DNA from: Chlorokybus atmophyticus | Taxonomy: Eukaryota > Plantae > Mesostigma and Chlorokybus algae | Assembly: GCA_009103225.1 (NCBI GenBank) | Contig: RHPI01003603.1 | Location: 47,915 to 111,914 of the forward strand | Reading direction: 5' to 3' | DNA length: 64,000 nt | Part shown: piece by piece, positions 35,916 through 50,081 of the stretch | Position numbering within the stretch: the first letter of the stretch is position 1 | How the letters are laid out: every line of letters begins with the position of its first letter | Translations under genes and position numbers: made by a program | Notes under the pieces: generated by a model | What the model saw: only the letters and a program-made list of their open reading frames with translations | Databases searched by the model: none | Told to the model about the DNA's origin: nothing

Positions 35916-38900
35916 ATGGCGGCGCCTCGCGGCGGCAGGGTGTTGCTGGGGGGTGCTGGTGCCCGGCTGACTCCTGAGGACGTGCGTGCCGTGGCTGTGC
36001 GCGGTGTGCGGGTGGAGCTTGACGCCGCCGCCGTCGAGCGCCTGCACAGGCTGCAGGGACCCAAGCAGGAGGAGGAGGCCTCCTCTGCGCTGCACTCTCT
36101 CGCTGCCGTTCCTCCCACTGTCGACCATGCCGCTGCTTCCAACACCCCCGAGCTCCTCACTGAGCAGGTCAACATGCGCATGCTGTTCGCGTACAACGCT
36201 ACTGATGCGGGCGCCGTACTACCATGACTGCATGCCATATGTGCATTGCAAGTATGCACTGCATTGGCACATTGGCTAACACCTACTTGTTACACTTCGT
36301 AGGTGGTGTCTGGGGTCGCTTTGCGTACTACTAAGTTTGTAACAGCGCATTTGCTGTGCACTCTGGCATGGCAGTTGTTGCTTCCTTGTTCATGCATTTC
36401 ACATGCATGCCTAGTATATGGCTCAGAGGTCGGTTGCAAACATGAGTGATTGAGCATGCGATATGTGTAAGGTATTGAGCTACTTGCAATGCTTCAGGTT
36501 AGAGCAGCGTTGTTGGTGTTGGCAGCCGAGCTTCTGCGCTGTCGCCCGCCTCCTCGCGCCACCCTCCCCCGCTTCATCATTGGTGCACTCAACGCGGGTC
36601 TTCACGCTCAGCTTCCTCACTGCGCATCCGACGCGCAAGCATTGAAGCACATTGCCACATTCATCTGTGCGGGGCCACAGCAAGATGCGCCGGAGACGCT
36701 GTCCGCGGCCGGGTTGGCCCCGCCGGGACTCACGCCGGCGGAGCGCAACTGGCTGCAGCAGAGTTGTTGCGTGTCCAATGCGCTCGCGGCTCTCGCCGTG
36801 TGTGCGTGCCGCGCGTTGCTCGGGCCCGCCGACGCTATTGCTGCGCTCACGTGTGAAGCGCTACAGTCGCAGACTGCTGCGTTTGAAGCCAATCTGCAGG
36901 ATGCACGCCCGCACAAATCCCAGCTGGATGTCGCTTCAGACCTCAGGTACAGATTGTTTGTCACAGACGCTGAGTACAGCTGTTGTGTACAGAGTCACCA
37001 CCACTACCACGAACTACAGCATACATACACAATCACATGCAAGCACGTGTACACACAAATGTTTTTTGCACGCATATAGGCATGCGCGTGTGCACATACG
37101 CGCGCATACTGTAGGTCCCTGCTTGAGGGCTCCAAATGCGTGAATGCACGCAAAGGAGGGATTACACCAGCTTCGGTGCGCGCTGTGCCTCAACACCACG
37201 GCCCCATTCGCGACGCTTGCAAGGTACACACACAGCGGGACGTTGTTTTTGTGGGGCCGTATGTTAATCCTGTCTTCAACTTGCAGGCAGCCAATGCTGC
37301 AGTCAGCATCGAGCTCAACGGTGGCGGGGAGCCACCGGCTGCAGCAGACAAGAAGGGTGCAGACACGCTGCCACCGCCGGTGCCATCTCCCGTCGTAGCC
37401 ACAGCCATGGCTGACCTCCAGCTGGCACTGTGCCGACTGGCTTCCGGCAGCTTGCGACGCACGCACGCAATGTTAGGTAAGTACTTAACTTGACCGCTTG
37501 GGATGGTGTGCGTGTTATCTCACATTGTTTGGTCTGGCATCTCAGGTGCATTGCAAGGCTTGCAAGGCATTGAGGAGAGCAGCCGCGCTATGCTTCAGAA
37601 CATGCATCTGGTACATGCACGATAGCTCAGCTAGGTGTTCAACCTGTGGCACACACACGCACACACGCGCAGGCATTCGTATGCACACGCATGCATGCAA
37701 TGAACCACAACCTTGACACTTCTTGTGCAGGAAACAGAAGCCAGTGTGGCTGCTGTGCGCCAAGATGCGGGGCGCTTGGCGGGTTCGTTGGCTGCCGCTG
37801 AGATCGCGCCTGAGAGTTACGAGGACGTGTCCACATCGCTTCCAACAGTCGCAGCAGCATTGGCAGCGGAGTCTGCTGCACGCGTGGCCCGCGCAGCACT
37901 CGTGCTCGAAGCCTCTGCAGCAATGCAAGTTTTGAGCTCACGTGAAGCCACGCAAGCCGCGAGAACAACAAAACCAGAAGCAACGCAAGAACCCGCGGCG
38001 GCGAGTAGCAAACCTAACGCAGCTGAAGAAGATGAGAACGGCGGGAAGAAGAGTGCAAGACCACCAAAGAAGGGTGGGAAAGGTGGTGCACTAGCAGGCC
38101 TTCAGCTTGGTAAAGGCACGAGCATACTCTACAACTTCCTCAAAAGCCGCTGCGTCGAGGAAGGCACGGGTGGGGGTAAGGTCGACGTCAACGCCATCGA
38201 TAAGGCCCTCGCGCCCGACACGGATACCCTGGACAAGCTCCTGGAGGACTTGCGGGTGGCCATCGAGAGCAACGAGAGCAGACGGAAGCCGAAGATTGCC
38301 AAAGGCACGCGGGATTTCTTGCCGGAACAGATGGCTATACGGGAGAGGGCTTTTGGAACCATTGTGCAGGTGTTCAAGCGCCATGGTGCTGTTGCACTCG
38401 ATACGCCTGTGTTTGAGCTGCGGGAGACACTCACTGGCAAGTACGGAGAGGACTCAAAGCTCATTTATGACTTGGCCGATCAGGTGAGATCACAAGTGCA
38501 AGCAAAAGGCAATCTGCCTTTCAAGTTGTTGGTTGTGTGCGCCTGCATGCGCATGTGTGCCTGTGCATGCGTGTGCGTGTGTGACGTAACATGTACTGAT
38601 CAGGCTTCATGTTGTTGTGCAGGGTGGTGAGCTGTTGTCTCTTCGGTACGACTTGACCGTGCCCTTTGCGCGTTACCTGGCGATGCACAATGTCGGCAAC
38701 ATCAAGCGCTACCACATAGCGCGCGTGTACAGGAGGGACAACCCGGCGATGAACCGCGGCCGATTCCGCGAGTTCTATCAATGCGATTTCGACATCGCCG
38801 GCTCATACCCAACAATGGTCCCGGACTCGGAGGTCCTTCGCGTGCTCGTAGAAATACTCGAAGAGCTTCGCATAGGCGACTTTGAGGTCAAGTTGAACCA

Positions 38901-39780
38901 CAGAGCGCTACTCGATGCCACACTCGACCTCGCCGGCGTGCCCTCAAACAAGTTTCGAACCATTTGCTCATCAATCGATAAGCTTGATAAGGAGCCTTGG
39001 GATGAGGTTCGCAGAGAGATGGTCGAGGACAAGGGCTTACCCGCAGATGTAGCCGACCGTGTCGGCGAGCTCGTGCAACAACGAGGCGAACCCAACGCAT
39101 TGTTGGAAACGCTCATGAGTGACAAAAGTGCATTCGCCTCACATGCGGGTGCGAAGCAGGCGTTGGATGAGCTTAAAGTCCTGTTTCAGTATCTCAAAGC
39201 TTTGAGAGTGTTGCACAGGTTTGTGTTTGACCTCAGCCTTGCGCGCGGCCTGGACTATTACACGGGTGTCATATACGAGGCCGTGTTTAAAGGCGAGTCT
39301 CAAGTTGGGTCCATCGCTGCGGGTGGCCGATACGACACGCTCGTGGGCATGTTCAGCGGCAAGCAGGTGCCCTGCGTGGGCGTGAGTTTCGGCATCGAGC
39401 GCGTGTTCTCCATCATGGAAGACATTGAGCGAGCGAAGTCCTCTGTCATACGCGCCACGCAGACGGAAGTCCTCGTTGCAAGCATCGGCTCGGACTTGTT
39501 GACCCAACGTATGGAAGTCGCGGCTGAGCTGTGGGCCGCCGGTGTGAAGACGGAGTACTTGTTCACGGCTGCGCCCAACATGCAGCGCCAGCTCACGCAC
39601 GCACTCGAGGCGGGCATACCGTGGATGGTTATTTTTGGTGGCGATGAGCTTGAGAGGGGAGTAGTGAAGGTGAAGAATCTCGCGGACAGGACGGAGCAGG
39701 AAGTGCCACGTGCTGAACTCGCCGACACGTTGAGCCAATTGCTAGCAAGCACGCCACAAACGCCTGTTGTTGTGCAGTAA
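35916..39780 (+). CDS. HARS: Cytosolic histidyl-tRNA synthetase with plant-type N-terminal HAL/PAL-like extension
   Basis: N-terminus [36 protein letters not shown], then [62 protein letters not shown]|[70 protein letters not shown]; anticodon-binding domain; TAA at 39778-39780. Confidence 0.96.
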
Positions 39781-40132
39781 TGGGTACACTTTTTACTCAT
39801 TGACATATGCATTGAACAAGTGTTGAGCGTGCGGCAGTTATGTGCTATTGCACTTCCATGCCAATGCAAAGCTTGAACTGCTCTTGACGAAACAAGTCAT
39901 GCATGCACACTGTAGACTGTAGTGTTGGTATGCATGATGGCATTCACGGAACAGTAACTGATGTCATCGTCAGCACACAGTCAATTTGGATCATATCTGG
40001 TTTGGCAAGGCACATCATTGACTAGCAAAAACAGATTGATGGTGGGCGCTCCTGACTTGTTTTCAAAGCCAATATATGTACAAGCACGAAGATGTACAGA
40101 TGATTGAGTGATAATGCACGCGTCGTGCTGAA

Positions 40133-41457
40133 TCAAATCAAGTAGCAGAGCTTGCCGTCGAATGCAGTTAGAGCGATGGCGAAAGCTTGGTGAGGAGATA
40201 GCGGGTGCGCAAAGTCCAACAAGTACTCGGAGTCGTCGTGTTTGGCGAGCGTGACCACAACTTCCAATGGCCGGCCCTGCAGCACTAGCTGGAAGTTCTT
40301 CACGGAAGCCACGGTGGGTTTGTCATACTTGTAGTTGTACGTGTACCGCCAGTGTCCGTCCTCACCCTGGCAGTAGAGCGGCTCCGCACTGACCAACATG
40401 TGCACTCTGCTCATGTCACTCAACTCCTCCCAAGTCTCAGCAAGAACTTCCTGACCACCACTGGAAGTGAGATCAGGAAGTATCGCCCGCATCTTCCGGT
40501 AGCTTCCTGCAAGCGTGGGCACAGTGCTCTCATAGCTGATGCCGCCAACAACCTTTGTAGACGAACTCTTCTCCCCTACTCCATTGGCATGTGTTGGACT
40601 CTCTTCGTCCTCGCCCTCTTCACTACCTTCAACGGAACTTGTTGTGTCGTAAATAGTGTAACGCGAGCCCAACATGTTGCCCCGCAGGTGGCCGAGCACT
40701 GCGGGCGACTTTTTCCGGAAGTCTTTGGGGTCCGAGGAGATGACGTGGCTGGTTGAGGAGGACAACATGCTCCTCTCCTTCCTTCCTGCCACCACCACTG
40801 CACCCTCCACGTGCAAAACAAACGTCCAGCCCGCGGAGGATTTGTCCCTCGTTATCTTGCCGCGTATCATACCTATGTCAGCACATTCACATTCAGTCTT
40901 CTGCATGAGTTATACTGACAATCCCTGCACGCACGCACGCACGAGTGCGCGTTCACACGTGCGCGCAACCGCATGCATGCACACGCACGCACACATACGC
41001 TCACACGCACAGTCTCACTCACTCGTTTGCCTGTTTGCGCACTCTCATGTGCACTCACGCTCAACTTCACGCTTGAGTCACACATGCTCACACTCACATG
41101 CCCTCTCATCGCAAACCCTGTGCATAAGAGTTCAACAGTCACTCCTCTCTCACCTGCTTCCTTTGGCACAGGTATCCTGGCAGACTGCTCGCCTACAGAG
41201 TACTGCTGCTGCCTCTGCTGCGTCATCTTGTCCTCCCCTTTGGTGTTGTTGTCGTAGTAGCTGGGGCCAACGTCAGTATCCACCTTGACGTCGGCGTCGG
41301 CGTCGTTGTGCCTGTGGTTGTTTGCGGTCACCACAGGGCTGCGCACGTCCGGCGGGAGCTCTGCGCTGCTGGGCACAGGGTATATGGCCAGGAGTCCCAC
41401 TCCACCGACCGGGCCCGATGCCCACCACATGGGCTGTGGAGCCGTGGTGCAGGCCAT
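40133..41457 (-). CDS. TLP8: Tubby C-terminal domain protein, TLP8-like (no F-box seen); exons 41457-41154 and 40872-40133
   Basis: LGHLRGNMLGSRYTIYD, TVPTLAGSYRKMRAILP, ASVKNFQL, YLLDFAHPLSPHQAFAIALTAFDGKLC. The GSYR.MR..LP and terminal KLCxxx pattern fits the plant TLP8 subtype. The first in-frame ATG was taken as start. Confidence 0.85.
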
Positions 41458-41835
41458 TTTGTGGTGGTGGAGGTTACCGTTGGCAACCTTCTCCTCCACC
41501 ACCACCACCGACGTCGCCGCCGCCGCCGCTTGGTATCTCCCCCGCCCCTGCTCTGCCCCTGCCGCGACACGTGGCAAGCCCTCTGGTAAGCTCGCCCAGA
41601 TTAGCACTGCGATGCCCTGCTTGTGTCACGTGAGGCCGAGTCGCGTCTCCCGATCTGGGTTGCGGCACGACAGGAATCAGCTTCCGAACAAAACCGGTTT
41701 AGTCAGCCGGGGTCCAGGTGGTTTTTGGGTTCCGTCTGTCCGTTGTTGGAAGTTCCGCTCATGAGGAAGTTTCATTTTCCAAATTAGCTCTCTCTGCGTA
41801 GCGCATCTTTGGTGGCGGTGTCCGCATTGGTGTCG

Positions 41836-41880
41836 GCGGCAGCGGCAGCGGCAGCGGCGGCGGCGGCGGCGGCGGCGGCG
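41836..41880. repeat. (GCG/GCA)n trinucleotide tract in the TLP8/kinesin divergent region
   Basis: ggcggcagcggcagcggcagcggcggcggcggcggcggcggcg. Confidence 0.85.
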
Positions 41881-41969
41881 AAAGCACAGGAGGAGAGTCG
41901 AAGGTGTAAATGGTGGAACATCAGTCTGTCATCTGAAGTGAAGCGAGTGCGGCGCCTTGATAAGCAAAG

Positions 41970-41971
<2 letters not shown>

Positions 41972-42002
<31 letters not shown>
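41972..42002. repeat. (AG)n microsatellite
   Basis: Directly visible. Confidence 0.95.
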
Positions 42003-42004
<2 letters not shown>

Positions 42005-42312
42005 AATACCACACGTCCACTAGCAGACCAATTGTCTGTGCACAAAGCGCGTATCCCATTGACTACACACTGATAGAACACACATTGATTGGCAACGACT
42101 CTCTTACAGCTGTGATAAGTGTGTAGCCACTTGAAGTTAGAGAACACTGTATAGCATTCTCGTTCGCGTTCACAATAGCAACCAGACAGAGAGAATGACT
42201 GGCCTGCACAGCGCTTAGTACTTCTGTACAGACAAACACAGCGGCCTCCAACTCCCCACATACCACATACCAACTCCCCACATACCCACTTACTCACACA
42301 CACATACCCACC

Positions 42313-45300
42313 ATGGGTGCGGATTCCGACGACAAGCAGCGTGCTGGATCTGGAGGAGGCAATGGTGCGGGTGAGTGCGTTCGCGTGGTGGTGCGATGCC
42401 GGCCGCTGGCGTCGAAAGAGGTGGCGGACGGGCGGCAGCGCGTGGTAGAGGTGGACGGCAGCCTTGGACAGGTGGTTGTCAGGAACCCGCGACTGGATGC
42501 GAGGGAACCGGGGAAGGCGTTCACATTCGATCTCGTCCACGACTGGAACTGGTAAGTAATGTACACGCACACGCAAACATACGGCCGCACACGCCTGCAC
42601 GCACGCACACACGCGCGCAAATACTCCCGCGTGCATACGCGCACGCACACGTGTACACTTGCGTAGATGCGTACTCTTACACGCGCACAAACTCGCACAC
42701 GCACGCGCATGTGTGCGCATGCACACTCACGAGCGTGTGTATGTGTCCAGCGACCAAGCCACAGTCTACGCCTCGAGCGCCCGCGAGGTCGTCGCTTCCG
42801 TCCTCCGCGGTTACAACGGCACGGTTTTCGCCTACGGTCAGACCGGTACCGGCAAGACCCACACGATGGAGGGTACGGACTCCGACCGCGGCATCATCCC
42901 TCAGGCCTTCAACCACATATTCGAGGAGATCGAGGGTGCCGGCGGGGCCGATAGGGACTATTTGGTCAGAGCCAGTTTCTTGGAGATATATAATGAGGAG
43001 ATTAGGGATCTGCTGGCGCCGAGTAGCAGCGGGAAAGGGGGGGATATAGGGAAGAGGCCGCATTATCTGGAGCTGAAAGAGAGTACAGAAACGGGAGTGT
43101 ACGTGAAGGATCTGACGAGCTTTGTTGTGAAAGGCGTCGCAGAAATCCGCAACGTGCTACAGGTATACTACAGGAGAGTTGTCGTGCGCAAAACACATGC
43201 ACACACCATGTTGTGAAGGAAGCCAACAAGCCAAACAGCAACAGACTGTTGCTAATTGGCTGTACACTGTACTGCTGCCAACAGTACTGTGTGCTGACAG
43301 CAACATATCAGTGCACACACAGCAGTGTCGCATGCTTGTACGTACACACTCTGCCACGCACAAGTTCCTGACAAGCCAAATGTGGTGAGAGAGTGTTATG
43401 TTGTCCCGCGCAGGTTGGTAAGAAGAACCGTACTGTTGGTGCCACCCTCATGAACCAGGACTCCTCCCGTTCCCACTCCATCTTCACGATCACGATCGAG
43501 TCGAGCGACCGCAGCTCTGATCCCAATTCTTCCGGCCACATCCGCGCCGGGAAGTTGCACTTGGTGGATTTGGCTGGCTCTGAAAGGCTGTCCAAGACGG
43601 GAGCCACGGGAGATAGATTGAAAGAAGCCACGAAGATTAACTTGTCGCTGTCAGCGCTGGGGAATGTGATATCGGCGCTCGTGGATGGGAGAAGCGGACA
43701 TGTGCCGTACAGGGACTCGAAGCTCACGCGCCTGCTGCAGGTATAGTGTGTGCGTGCACGCGTGATCGTGTGGATGTCTGCAAGCGTTTACGCTCATGTG
43801 CGTGCTTGCATGTGTGTCTCTGTGCGCAAGCACACACGCACACAAGCATGCCCATGCGCATGCTTGTGTCCTTGTATACGTGAGTACTGTCAGATCCCTC
43901 AAGTTATGCTGTACAGGACTCGTTGGGAGGTAACACCAAGACGGTGATGGTAGCGAACATCGGTCCGGCTGACTACAACTATGACGAGACGATCAACACG
44001 CTTCGGTACGCCAACCGCGCGAAGAACATCACCAACAAGCCGCGCGTGAATGAGGACCCGAAGGACGCGATGCTGCGGGAGTTTCAGGAAGAGATTGCTA
44101 GACTGAAGGGCTTACTTCAATCAAGTAGTACAGGAGAAGGAGGGTCCAACAACATACACAACGACGCCAACCTCAGCGCAAGTATGAATGAGGAGCAACT
44201 TGAACACGTGCGCAGACAGGTGAGAAAAGAGATGGAGGAGGCGGCGATGTTGGCTGCGGCATCGTCGATGTCGGCGGCACAGGCGGTGTCGATATCGGAG
44301 GAGGCTGTGAGGGCTCAGGTTGAGGCGGCGGCTGCGGCTGACAGGGAAGCGTTAATATCGAAGCTGCGAGCGATGGAGGAGAAGCTCATCCACGGAGACC
44401 CGGAGAAGCTCCTGCAGAAGGCTGAGGAGAAGGATGCTGAGCTGAGACGTATCCGTGAGGCTGAAAATGCTGCTGCGGAACGCATCGCCCAGCTTGAGGA
44501 GGCACAACAACTCGCTGAGGGACACTACGCCTCCATCCAGGAAGAGGTGGAGCACAAGACTCGCAAGCTCAAGCAACTCTTCAAGAAGGTCCACCAGAAG
44601 GACCTGGAAATCCAGGACATGAATGAAGAGTTTCAGCAGGAGCGTGAGGACATGCTCGACACCATACGCGAGCTCACGCAACAACTCAAGCTCAAGTCCA
44701 TTGTGGTGGAAGCCTTTGTGCCTCCTGAAGAGGCTGCGAAGATTGCGCGACGAGCTCGGTGGGATGATGAGCGCCAAGAGTGGCACATTATTGGTCTCGA
44801 GCATGCCGGCAACAAGAGCAACAACATGCGCATGCAAAGGCCCATGTCTGAGTACGCTCGCATAGCATCTGCGGGAGGCAATCCTCGCTTCCGTGCTGAT
44901 AATGTCCTCGCACTTGACTTGGATATGCCTGAAAGAACCACTTATGACTATGATGCGGCCGCAATCAGGGACCCGCGAGTGCAGGCTGCCGTGGATGCGG
45001 CCTTTGCGGACGAGGGTGAGATGCTGTTCATGGACAACAACGCCGGCACGACTCGTAGCGTGTACTTCTCATACAAGGATCACGACACCCACGCGGCCGC
45101 CGACTACGCCCTCACCAACCACAACCCCAACGTTATAAGGCCAAAGTCTGCGAGGAGGAAAGAAGTGGCCGTCAGCAACAGCAGTAGCAAGGATGCCGCC
45201 GTTACACGCCCGAAGACCGCACGCAAGGTTGCACGCACGCCCTCGCGCGCGGGAAGTGCAGATGTTGTTGCTGCAGAAGAAGCTCCAGTATACCCCACTG

Positions 45301-45323
45301 CGCGCGGCCTCGTTAGGCAATAA
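42313..45323 (+). CDS. KIF3: Kinesin-2 motor subunit (FLA10/FLA8/KIF3 family; anterograde IFT)
   Basis: [121 protein letters not shown], coiled-coil stalk, tail [19 protein letters not shown] and [11 protein letters not shown]10 versus FLA8 is not resolved. Confidence 0.93.
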
Positions 45324-45812
45324 CAACAGGTTGCATAGTAGCCTCCCTGTTGACACTCACTGACTGCCACTTAGCAAGTTACCAATTGCGATTGCTGTCA
45401 CTCGGCATGACGTGTGCTTACCCTAACAACAGAACTAACTTAGTAGCATTATCAGGGCATAATGATGAGCAACAACACCATCATGCCTTTAGGACGCATA
45501 AAACAACACCAAATGAACTTACATGTCCCTCATATAAACATTGCAGGAGTCAACAGTAGCAACCAACCAGTGGGTTGCTGAGCTGCAAGTTCTGTCTGGC
45601 ATGTTGCAGGTGCCACGCAGTAAGTGAGTACTATACAGAACTCAACTGAGTGCTAGCCTAACATGGTGACCTGCTGGTATCTGCCTACCCATCCTTGGTT
45701 GTGCAGGTTATATAACAGCAAGAACCGTCTATGCACATGCTACTGCAAAAGTTGTTGGTGCTGTAGGGCGCCATTCATTAGCATCATCGCCCACCTCGAG
45801 CAAATTCGCTGC

Positions 45813-48800
45813 TTATTGCTCTTGTCCTGAACTCTTGCTGTCGCCACCACCGAGCATCTTGCGGAAGTCTGCGTTGGACTTTGGCGTCTGATCTTCAGCA
45901 CTACCTTGTGCACCGGTGCCCCTGCCAGACGGTCGCACAGCCCGCGGGACAAGGAACCCGCCACGGCCGCCGCTGCCCGTGAGCTTCACACCACCACGGC
46001 GGTGGCCAACAACCGGAAAAGCCCCGCCACCGAGCCGGCCTCGCCCCGCACCTGTCCCGCCCTCTTCACGCCGCAACGCGGTGCCGTAAGCGGCCCCGCG
46101 ACCCCGCCCCGAGCCTCTGCCTCGGCTACCCCCGCCGCGATCTTGACCGCGCTCTTGGCCACGCTCGCCGCGCGCGCCATCACTGGACAAGCCTGGTGGC
46201 GCAGACTTGGCGATATTAAGGGGTCGGCGGTGAAGCTCTGTGCCGTTGAGCGCTACAGCCGCCTGCAGTGCCTCATCGGTTTCAAAGTCCACGTACGCAC
46301 GGCCTTTTGACTTGCCTGAGGGCAGTCGGATGATGCGCACGTCTTTCACCACGCCACATGGTGCAAACAATTCCCGCAGCTCGGGCTCGGCTGCCTCGAA
46401 TGCAATGTTGGACACGTAAGCGGTACATTTGTCTTCATACACGGGCTTCCTGTGTGCATCGCCTGCCCCACCATTGCCGACATCACCATCACCCTCAGGT
46501 GCTTGCACGTGATCAACCCCACTGGGGCCAGCTGCACCATTGGCTGTGTCTTCTGTGCTTGGTGCTGCTGGTGTTGCTGCTGGCTGCTCATCAACGCGAG
46601 GCCGCTTCCCTTCAGCACGTTTGTCCAGTCCAAGACCAGGGCGTTTTCTCTTTGCCTGCTCTACTGGCTCCTTGTGCTGCGCTGGCTTCTCCTGCCGTTT
46701 TGTCTTTACCTCTGCTTCAGCTGCTGCCTGCAAGGGTTGTCGCTTGTTTGTGATGTATGCTGCATGTTTTACCAGAAAGCCAGCATGATGTATACACACG
46801 CACATGCGCAGACAACATATAGCGGCATACCTTAGCTTCCTGCTGTCGACGCAGCTCTGCAAGCTCAGCCAGACGGGCGGCCACCTTTCCAGCAGCAGCA
46901 TCATACTCGTCGACGCTGCCACACTCGCGTTCAAATCGTAGCCATGCAGTGCATATATACTCCTTGCCAGGATCTTCAAACTGCCTTGTGTAACACCTGC
47001 AACACAAATGGCCAGGTTGTAGTCGTCAGAATAGTCGAAACGCTGGACTCAGCTGCATGTGGTAGTGGGGTAAGCACCTGCGATAAATAGAGCGACACTC
47101 CTTGAAGTTCCCTGCGGCACGCTCCATGGCTATGTACCCTTGCCACGCCTCCAGCAACCATCCCCTGCAGAGCGGTTGTTACCTGCTTGTTGCTTGCAGC
47201 ACATGCTTGGGCCCATTACTTGTACTAATACTGCAATTACTGCAACTGACCTCTCTTTCACCAGATCGTCCCACACTGCGCGTGCACCTGACATGCTGCC
47301 AGCCAGCCTTACTTCCAGATCGCTCCAGTATGAGTGCAGCTGAAGCGAACGGTCAACAAAGTCTGGAAAATATGTCTTCAGTAGCTCAAGCGCACGGCGG
47401 AAAAGGTCTCTGAGTGCAGACAGTGAGGCGTCCAGCTCAGCGCTCTGGGCTTGCTTGGCTGCTTCAGCTTTGCGTCGGAGAGCATCCAACCTCGGCAAGA
47501 AGATGGCCACATACTCCTCTCCTGTTATGAAACCTGCTGCAATAGCCTGCAGCACAGATGTATTAGGGTGCATACCAACGAAATGCATTAATGGCAGTGA
47601 ACTGCACACAAACACTTAGTATCAATCAGCTGAGGTGACACAGAGCTTGCAAACTTGACTGCTCATACTGCAGCTTGAAGTAATCAAAAATTCACCTGCT
47701 CGAATGCGTCACTCTGCTCGGCATCAGGAGCATTGATGCGCTCAAGTGCTCTCAAATACCTGCACCACAGTTCGCTGGCCCACGGGCAATTTCTTGTGGC
47801 TCTGGAATGCACGTTTTTCACAACTGGTGGGATCTTCAGGTGGCTGCGCACATATTCAGTGTATCGCATCCACAGCTCCGGTGTCACCGCAAAGTGGACA
47901 ACAACGCGCTCAAAAAGAATCTGCACTCGCGCTGGATTGCCGGCCTTTTCCTCAAAGGAGATGTAGTCGTTATAGTGCTGCAGCAGCACGGCATCAACCG
48001 GCTTATCGTCCGACACAAGTAGCTCAAAAGGAGCTCGCTCTGTGTACATCCTCTCCGCAGACTTGATGGCTGCCGCGACATGCGAAGGTATGTCACCGCT
48101 TGGGCTCTGCAATGGTTGTGGTTAAGCCGGCATTGTATGCAACTATTACAACTCTGCATGCTGATGTACCTGTGCCTTCTCCCACTCTTGATAGTCCACC
48201 AGCAATGTGTCATTGCCATGCAGGGGCACTGATAGCTGACGGCGGAACAGCGAACGCACTTTGTCCACCTGTTGCGCCCTTTCCGATGCCTGACTTAACA
48301 GAGAAGTCAGAAAACAATACACTTGCATTGCACAGCAGCTGCAGCACGAACACGTACCGGCGTGTCTTCAGACTGCTTGAGAAGCAGCATGGCTTCTTCA
48401 TACTCGCGGCACGCAGTCCACAGCAGCCCACCCTTAGCTACATGCAGACCTGTTTCAAAGAGCCAGCGGTTGCTTAAGTTGCAAAGAGTGCAACAACCTC
48501 TGCGGTGTTGAACGAATTAACAGTAACTCTAAACCTGCGGCAGTGATGGCACGCTCATAGAGGGTACGCATGCGTGCAGAGCCCTCCTCAGTTGCGCCAG
48601 CCACGAGGGGATCATTCTCCTCTACAAACTCCAAGTACGCTACCCATAGCTCAACCGACTGCACAGAGCTTGCAGTCACTTACTACTATACACCAAGCAG
48701 CAAGTTCCTTGAAACGAGTTGAACTCACCAGGTATTCGCTGGTGCCCCGCTCAAACAGCTGCTCCACCTGCTCTCTGTCCTCAGGACTATGACAAAAACA

Positions 48801-49326
48801 AACGTTCAGCGCGTGAGCAGGCATGACTTAGCTCCCAGTGGCAAGCAACGACGTACACTTTCTTGCCTTGTAACGAGGCGAGCTTCATCAGACGACCAGT
48901 CCAGCCACATTTGCGGTGTTAAAGGGAACAGCGCTGCCATCGCTTCTCGTGCAGCACGCAGCTTGTCCAACTGACCAGCTTTGCGCAACGCATTCAAATG
49001 CTGTATGCAAGATCAGGCACACAATTACACAGCCATACCCACAAGCAGTAGCTGCATGGCACGTGTAACGAACTGTCGCATGCACAAAAGTCAGTCTGCT
49101 GGCTAGCAAGTGACATTTCGCTCACGTCGACATGAGCCTGGTAGTTAAGTGGATTGGCTTCCACAGCGTCAGCAAGCGCCTGCAGCTGAGCCTCGTCAAC
49201 CTCCTCCTGCTCCATATCATCATCCTCCGCTTCCTCCCCGCTCTCTTCCCCTCCGTCCTCGCCACGCCCATCGTCCATCTGCTGCATGTCGTCATCCTCG
49301 TGATCCCCCTCGTCAGCCATAACCAT
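45813..49326 (-). CDS. SART3: SART3/Prp24-like U6 snRNP recycling factor (HAT repeats + RRM + LSm-interaction tail)
   Basis: Acidic N-terminus, ANPLNYQAHV, AREAMAALFPLTPQMWLDW, VELWVAYLEF, LFRRQLSVPL, LFERVVVHFAVTPELWMRY, RNCPWASELW; RRM TAYVSNIAF..KSKGRAYVDF; C-terminal PKSNADFRKML. Confidence 0.93.
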
Positions 49327-50081
49327 AGGGCAAATTAACCCCGCAACCTCGCCGCCGCCGCCAATGCTGCGGTCGTCGACAAGCCCAGTGCCAACAGTAA
49401 CGGCAGAACCCTAAGTCCTTATCCCGTTCAAATGGCTTCCTGGAAGATGAATGACGTTGCACAGGAACCCCGCCAGAAGTTCTGGAGCAGACTTTGAGCG
49501 GGATGAGGACTCATGTGCATAACCGCACTGCTGTGGTGGAATGTCAGGGGGGCGGCGGCGGTGGCGGTGGCGGCGGGAACCGTACCGCCCGCCTGTCATT
49601 GGCATCTATTTGGTTCCATGTGTATATATGCTACTTTTGCTGTGTCTGAGGTGCTGAACTGCTAGCTTAGTTTCACTGCATTGGGGTGGTTAGTGGTGGA
49701 GTAGCTGCGGCGTCGCGTTCACAGCTGAGCAGCTTGTCAGGTGGGTAGGCTGTCGTCATGATAGTGAGGATTGTCTCAGTTGGTGTGGAATTGCAGTTTG
49801 GTGAAGTCTGTATGTATGGTTCTTGGCTTGGTTGGTTGGTGTGTGCTTCACAGCGTGTAACCGCCTACAGACGGACTGTGCTTGCTCGCGCGTGTACACG
49901 CTGCCAATGCCGCATGTGAGGGCTGTTGCTTCACTGAGCTGATTGCGATGTGCGTCTATGTGATGTGAGCAGGCAGTTGAGCTCCTGTTGTTGCATACTG
50001 CGCTGGCTGGTGCTGGAGGAATGAGCCAGCAGGAGAGCTGGCGGAAGCAGGAGTACTGTGAGCGAGGCAGAGACGAACAGC

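Noticed and set aside
35916-38300. Ammonia-lyase-like N-terminal extension on HisRS
   Set aside because: Already known from plant cytosolic HisRS; not novel.
42313-45323. Kinesin-2 in a plant-like genome
   Set aside because: Expected in green algae with flagellate cells; useful for taxonomy but not new.
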